Position numbers and translations under genes: made by a program. Shown here one piece after another: positions 29,701-34,801 of a stretch of 34,801 bases of DNA. The notes below the pieces were generated by a model. It worked only from the letters and a program-made list of their open reading frames with translations, had not been told where the DNA came from and searched no databases. Origin of the DNA: Ancylonema sp. (taxonomy: Eukaryota); NCBI GenBank assembly GCA_050230475.1, contig JBFLGF010000005.1, positions 124,001 through 158,801 of the forward strand, given 5' to 3'. The number at the start of each line of letters is the position of its first letter. Position 1 is the stretch's first letter.

Positions 29701-30935
29701 TCAAATAAATGAAGTAACTCCTGAAGGGGGATCATCTGAAAACTTGCGCAGTTTACCAAAAGCATGGTTCAACTTTGGTACCATACCGCGAGGTGGGTCT
29801 TATGTATATACGTTCATGTGTATATGCTTGTGTTTATAAATCTGTAATTTCTAAAATATAAATATGTGAGATTTATATTTGTTTTGTATCGTGTCCCAAT
29901 ATTGTTGTTTGTGTTTCACAGATTGTTTCTACCACCGCGACGGCTCCAATCCTGTTGACCGCGGAGGGGGATGCTTCCTCACTCCACTCGAAGTCACAGC
30001 CTCGCTAAAGGTTCAAGCAAGAGGCTCATCTCACTACTCCTTGGCATTCATCCTCATGTCTCCAACCAGACCACCTCGTAGAAGGGGTGGGATGTGTGAA
30101 CATGGTGTCCCCCCCCTCGTTGTTCCCCCTCCCAGGCTATGGGCATCCCCCCCACCACCCCCCTCTACCTCGCCTCGAGCTCCATCGCGGGCGGCGCTGC
30201 GACCATGGCGGTGTTCCACGAGGTGTGGGGGGGGAACGTGGTGACCAAGGAGGGAATGATGGGAGAGGAGATAGGAGGGATGGGGAAATTCAAAACACGG
30301 TTGGCGGCGATTGACACAGCAGTAGCTGGAAAAAGGTGAAAGAAAAAGAGGGGGGGGAGGTTGGGGCGGGGGCGGGTGGAAGGGGGTAGGGGGTTTGGGG
30401 GTTTGCTACACGTATCCACCTGATTGTATCGTTGTTTTTGTTCCCTGTTGGGTGAAGCGACCTCCTCCTCATGACGACACCGAAAATTTTGAGCAATTGG
30501 GAAATCCTTCTACAAGGTCAACGCTTCTACTGGCACAACGAAAAGGTAGACGTATGGAATAAGGGTCTATCCTGTACGACTTTTGCTTTGAATGTTCCAA
30601 AGGTGATCCAAGATGTAGACACGGAATTTCACCACGACCGATGTTGTCCGATGTAAATTGTCCGGAAAGTTTTCAAGTTTTCATCTCCTAGTTTCGTTTC
30701 TTACCTCTTTGGTTGTGTTTCTTCTTGTGTTGGTACACAGGAAACGTTTTGGTTGTCGGAAACGGTTCTGCGGCCCCTCTTCCAAGAACCTGTTGTGAAT
30801 ATGACGCTCGTTTCGAGAAGGATTCTTGAGGAGCGGATACGACAAAGGGAGCAGAGTTGGGTGCGGGGAGAAAACCAAGAGTACCAAAAGGCGGCTTTTG
30901 CCTGGCCTTGGCACTGTGTTTGCGACGTGGAATGA
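26787..30935 (+). CDS. GT106 / plant O-fucosyltransferase-family glycosyltransferase 2 (~469 aa; ~493 aa with two micro-exons)
   Basis: Exons 26787-27042, 27365-27524, 27628-27696, 28366-28540, 28710-28765, 29137-29258, [29326-29356, 29752-29792 possible], 29922-30010, 30136-30335, 30458-30545, 30741-30935. Motifs [67 protein letters not shown]. Confidence 0.88.
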
Positions 30936-31321
30936 TGGTTGTTTCCCTTCGTAGTTCAACATGAGGCTAGGCCTGCTAACCCGTGATTACACGTTGTTTC
31001 TCGGATCTAAACCTGTATCATGGGGATCGCAATTATATTGCAATCCGGATCTAGTACAAACCAGAAAGTAATTGTCCACGTCACCTTTTTCTATATACCC
31101 TTTCCTTCATTTGAAACCAGTTTTCCATGTGAAGCATAGATGTACACGCCTGCAAAATCCACGCAGGGCGGCGCCCGCAGGCGGTACCGCCCGCGGGCGG
31201 AATGCGGGTGGGAATGTCCACGTGACGTGCGGGTATATAGAGCTTTTTCAGGGTTCTGGTGTTTTCGGTTTTTAGTACTCCACATTGATCGGGAAAAAAA
31301 AAAAGGTGCTAATATCAACTA

Positions 31322-31876
31322 CCGTAGCGGCCAGAGATAATGCGCCAGGAAATTCGAAAAATAATTACTAGATGTACGCTCCAAACAGTTGCGCCAGCCA
31401 AATTTTAATTAATTAGTACGCGCCAGAAGTGTGCGCCAGGCAAAACTTAATTATTAAAAATGATCCAGATCCAGGGGATTTCCTCTTTATTTAATATAAT
31501 CCAGATTTACTTGCGCCACCCAGGAAGAGACAGGAGGAGGCCCTCAACCCTTGGGTTGAAGGCTCCTTGAACCTGGGCCAAAGACCGCTTTTCGTACACG
31601 ACCCCGGGGTTGCGCAGCTTAGAGCCCGTGGCGTGGAGCAAACCCTGATTACAAGCACCTCTCGCCATAGTGTTTGTTGAAATTATGTTATCGAATTGGA
31701 CTTTAAGTTTTCGCTATTTTATATTAGTGCGCCGAAATTTCGTCAATTTGAATTATTTATTTGCGCCAAAACGGTGATCCAGCGTGGTCAAACTAATTAA
31801 TATATTATGCGCCAAAAACGTGTGCGCCAGGCAATATGGTAATTATTTTTTGGCGCATTATCTCTGGCCGCTACGG
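31322..31876. mobile_element. Tc1/mariner-pogo-like MITE
   Basis: Perfect 26-bp TIR CCGTAGCGGCCAGAGATAATGCGCCA, TA on both sides, internal TGCGCCA repeats. Confidence 0.92.
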
Positions 31877-31890
31877 TACATAGTTTCATC

Positions 31891-32589
31891 CATATTTTGG
31901 TCCCGCTCTGCTCGCGGAATTCGCGAGCCCGGCTCCCAGCCGGCGCGCGCCGGCGACCCTCCTGGAAAAAACGAAACATGGAAATGCGACGAAGTACAAA
32001 TCCTCCTCTGCGAAGCAAGTAGTTACTAGTTACCGGTACTTCGGGCAGTACATCCGGAACGTAGTAACTACATTGTGATAGTTATTATGCCCGTCGGATC
32101 CGGTTTATTTTTTGGCACGTGAAAGATTATGTAGAAAATCTTAAAGATCTTCTGACATTACGGGAATCGGACGACATGTGGGGGAGGGACGGGGCACTCA
32201 ACAATGCTCAGCCGTCAGATGCGGAATTTCTTGAAAAAGTTGATAGATTCCGTAGCACAAACGACAAACTAAATCTATGAGTGTTACACATTACGAAGGA
32301 ATGGGAGGACAAGGGTGGTACGGAAAAATACGATGAACGGGAGACGCGCTAAATGACACAATTGTAGCTTGCAAACGACAAGGGGGAATTGCGAACGGGG
32401 ACGGGATAATGACGGAATGCAAAGTGTAATGAAACAGTATAATGCAAGGATAATAGTCCACCGCTTAGCGGGGGACGGGGCTACCATTAAAAAATAAATA
32501 AATAAATGTGGGTCCCGCTCCGCTCGCGGATTTTGCGAGCCCGGTTCCGAGCCGGCGCAAAAATTGTTGCGGCTCACGGACCCACTATG
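31891..32589. mobile_element. Non-autonomous hAT-like element (CATAGTGGGTC family), uninterrupted copy
   Basis: Right end GGACCCACTATG, degenerate left end CATATTTTGGTCC, TSD GTTTCATC/ATTTCATC (7/8). Homologous to 7942-10378. Confidence 0.85.
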
Positions 32590-33416
32590 ATTTCATCTAC
32601 ATGAAACATTTTTTTAAAAAATGAATATCATAAAACGTATAGAAACTATGCTTTCTTGATCTTCTTTTCTTGAAATCCCGAAATTCAGCGTGCCCGGAAC
32701 GGGCGGCCGGGCGGCGCCCGCGGGCAATACTGCCCGCGGGCGAAGGCGGGCGGAAATATCCCCGCCTGCGGGCGGTATATCTATGATGTGAAGCCACGTC
32801 ACTATCATCGATATAGCAAAACAATATGACATCGTTATGTGTTGAACAATGGAGTACATGCTCATGTGATGGTGAAGTTAATGTTATTGAACAAAGATAT
32901 TAAGGCATTCATGACATGAGTGGGTGATGTTGAGATAATGCACAAGACGCAACGTTGTTTTTTTTGTTTTTTTTTGTTTTTGGGTTTCTTTTCTAGTAGC
33001 CGGTGGAGCACAAGAGAATACAATGGAGTAAGATCAACATGAGGTTTTCAAACTCTATGAGGTAGGCTCAACGGGCAAGACGAACTATCAACCATGGAAG
33101 GATAAAATCCATGATGTAGCAATGATATCACCATCAATGGCGCGTACCTGTCAAGATTTCGTGCCTGTCCACAAACCAAGTTTTTCAATCCACAACCGTC
33201 TTAGCAAGGCGAGTTACGTTAGCGTAGGTGGTTCATGTTTGTGCCTAAAAAATGCCATTGCACCATGCTGATACCTCAATCAAAGATAGAGGGTAGTACA
33301 AGTCTAGGATGATGCTTGTAACTCATAGTGAGAATAAGTTTGACAAGTTGCATTCGCGGTATCTCTTTTTCCAACGCAAAAAAATCGCGTTCGATATAGA
33401 TCACATGTCCATGATT

Positions 33417-33472
33417 CAGTCATCCCTTGTTATAACGACCCTCTCAATAACGACAACCTCGATCTAACAATT
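33417..33472. mobile_element. Degenerate pogo-like MITE left-end fragment
   Basis: CAGTCATCCCTTGTTATAACGACCCTCTCAATAACGACAACCTCGAT resembles the left end of 24550-25163. Confidence 0.5.
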
Positions 33473-34801
33473 TGTTAGTTCAACCATTCGAATTCATCAT
33501 AAAGTCTCTCTCGACACGAGGATATAGACCCTTCAAAAAATGTCAAAGTTCTATCCATTATTATAGCATCTCTCCCACTACCCACTTCCAACCGAGGCCC
33601 ACCGCTTTTATAACTTCTTCGGTATGAACCCAATATCATTCCCTCCCGTTACACCGAGGACCGAGCACATCCCGTCCGTGAGGATTTGTTTTAGGAGTTG
33701 CACACGTCAACGCAATATTTACATGGTTTTGGCAACGTGTAAATACCGGAGTATTTATATGTAACGTACACCATGTATACTTCATGTACCGCATAACAAC
33801 GGACACAGATTCATGGACATATTGGTAGGCAAAGCACACCGACACATGTCATGAAGAGAACCACATAGGTGTTTGAATGTGAAACGAGGGAAAAGGTACA
33901 CAAAACGTATATAAATCTCAACAGACTAATCCCTGTGTGTTCATGTGATTGGATATAGGTCAGAAGCTCGTCACCACTAAATTTCAATACGACAAAAAAT
34001 ATTGACATACAAACTAACACCGACACATAATTCAACCATAATCATAATTATATGTTGATCATAATTATATTTCTCTATGTGAGAAAAATAGCGTCCTATA
34101 CACATGATAGTAAGTAGATATCGGTGTAGTGCCGTTAAAAAACATGAGGTTCCGTATGAAACTAGTAGTTACATTGCCGTTGGTAGCAACTCTGAAGACT
34201 GCTCATCCCATGTCGGACGATAAGACTGTCATATATTTCCGTCGCGGCTTTGTGTGGATACTTTTGCGAAGATTATTCTTGAGTACATCCCCACACAATG
34301 TTCCGTTAGCCTCACTTTCTGGAGGCTATCGAGCTCAGAAAATGTTCTCACTCTTTGACTACACCAATTTTCCTCACCGTGTCATTAAAATGCACAATGT
34401 ATGTTCTATCCGTTTTATGTAGTATACGTTGTCCTCCGGCCCCATCGCACGATTCGAACGCACATGTTTTGCACCCCTAGGAGGCAGAGTCGCTTTTGGT
34501 TTTCAGTAAATTCACTTTGTGATATGGCATACTGGAACGCCTCAGGGGATGACTGTTAGGAATTTGGGATGGTGGAGGAGGAACTAATGAGAAGGGTGTT
34601 GAAGGAATCAAGCGCAGTGATGGAGTAATAAGGAAATGGGAGTGGTAGGAGTAAGTGGGAGAAAGGGGAAATTCAAAATATAATGTTGCTAAGGTAGTTC
34701 CGCCATTTGGAACAGAATGCCCTGTCATAGTGAATGACATCGTGTGCTTATAACGGGTGTGTAGCACCGTTATCAAGGAGTAGGAGCCTTTATGACGTGA
34801 A

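Larger units (their letters stand above)
31135..32785. mobile_element. Non-autonomous hAT element (CATAGAT ends) hosting two nested MITEs
   Basis: TIR CATAGATGTACACGCCTGCA vs reverse-complemented CATAGATATACCGCCCGCA. Perfect 8-bp TSD ATGTGAAG (31127-31134 and 32786-32793). Confidence 0.88.

Overview
Eukaryotic nuclear DNA from a green plant, most likely a streptophyte alga; this is inferred from GT-AG introns, a PDS with a transit peptide and an algal-type C-terminal tail, and plant GT106 genes. The window holds three intron-containing genes. Phytoene desaturase (PDS, minus strand, 8 exons, ~625 aa) lies head-to-head with a GT106/O-fucosyltransferase-family gene (10 exons, ~498 aa). A diverged tandem paralog with identical intron phases follows (10-12 exons). 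The rest is transposon-rich: two divergently oriented, degenerate Ty1/copia elements of one family with a half-tRNA(iMet) primer site and apparent TG..TA LTR ends, several hAT MITEs with 8-bp TSDs, a Mutator/foldback element with ~450-bp TIRs, pogo/Tc1-like MITEs, a probable solo LTR and two nests of elements inserted in one another. I found no clear-cut novel system. The best leads are the atypical GT106 pair, the PDS hydrophobic tail, the non-canonical copia family and the CATAG-ended hAT families with subterminal direct hairpin modules.
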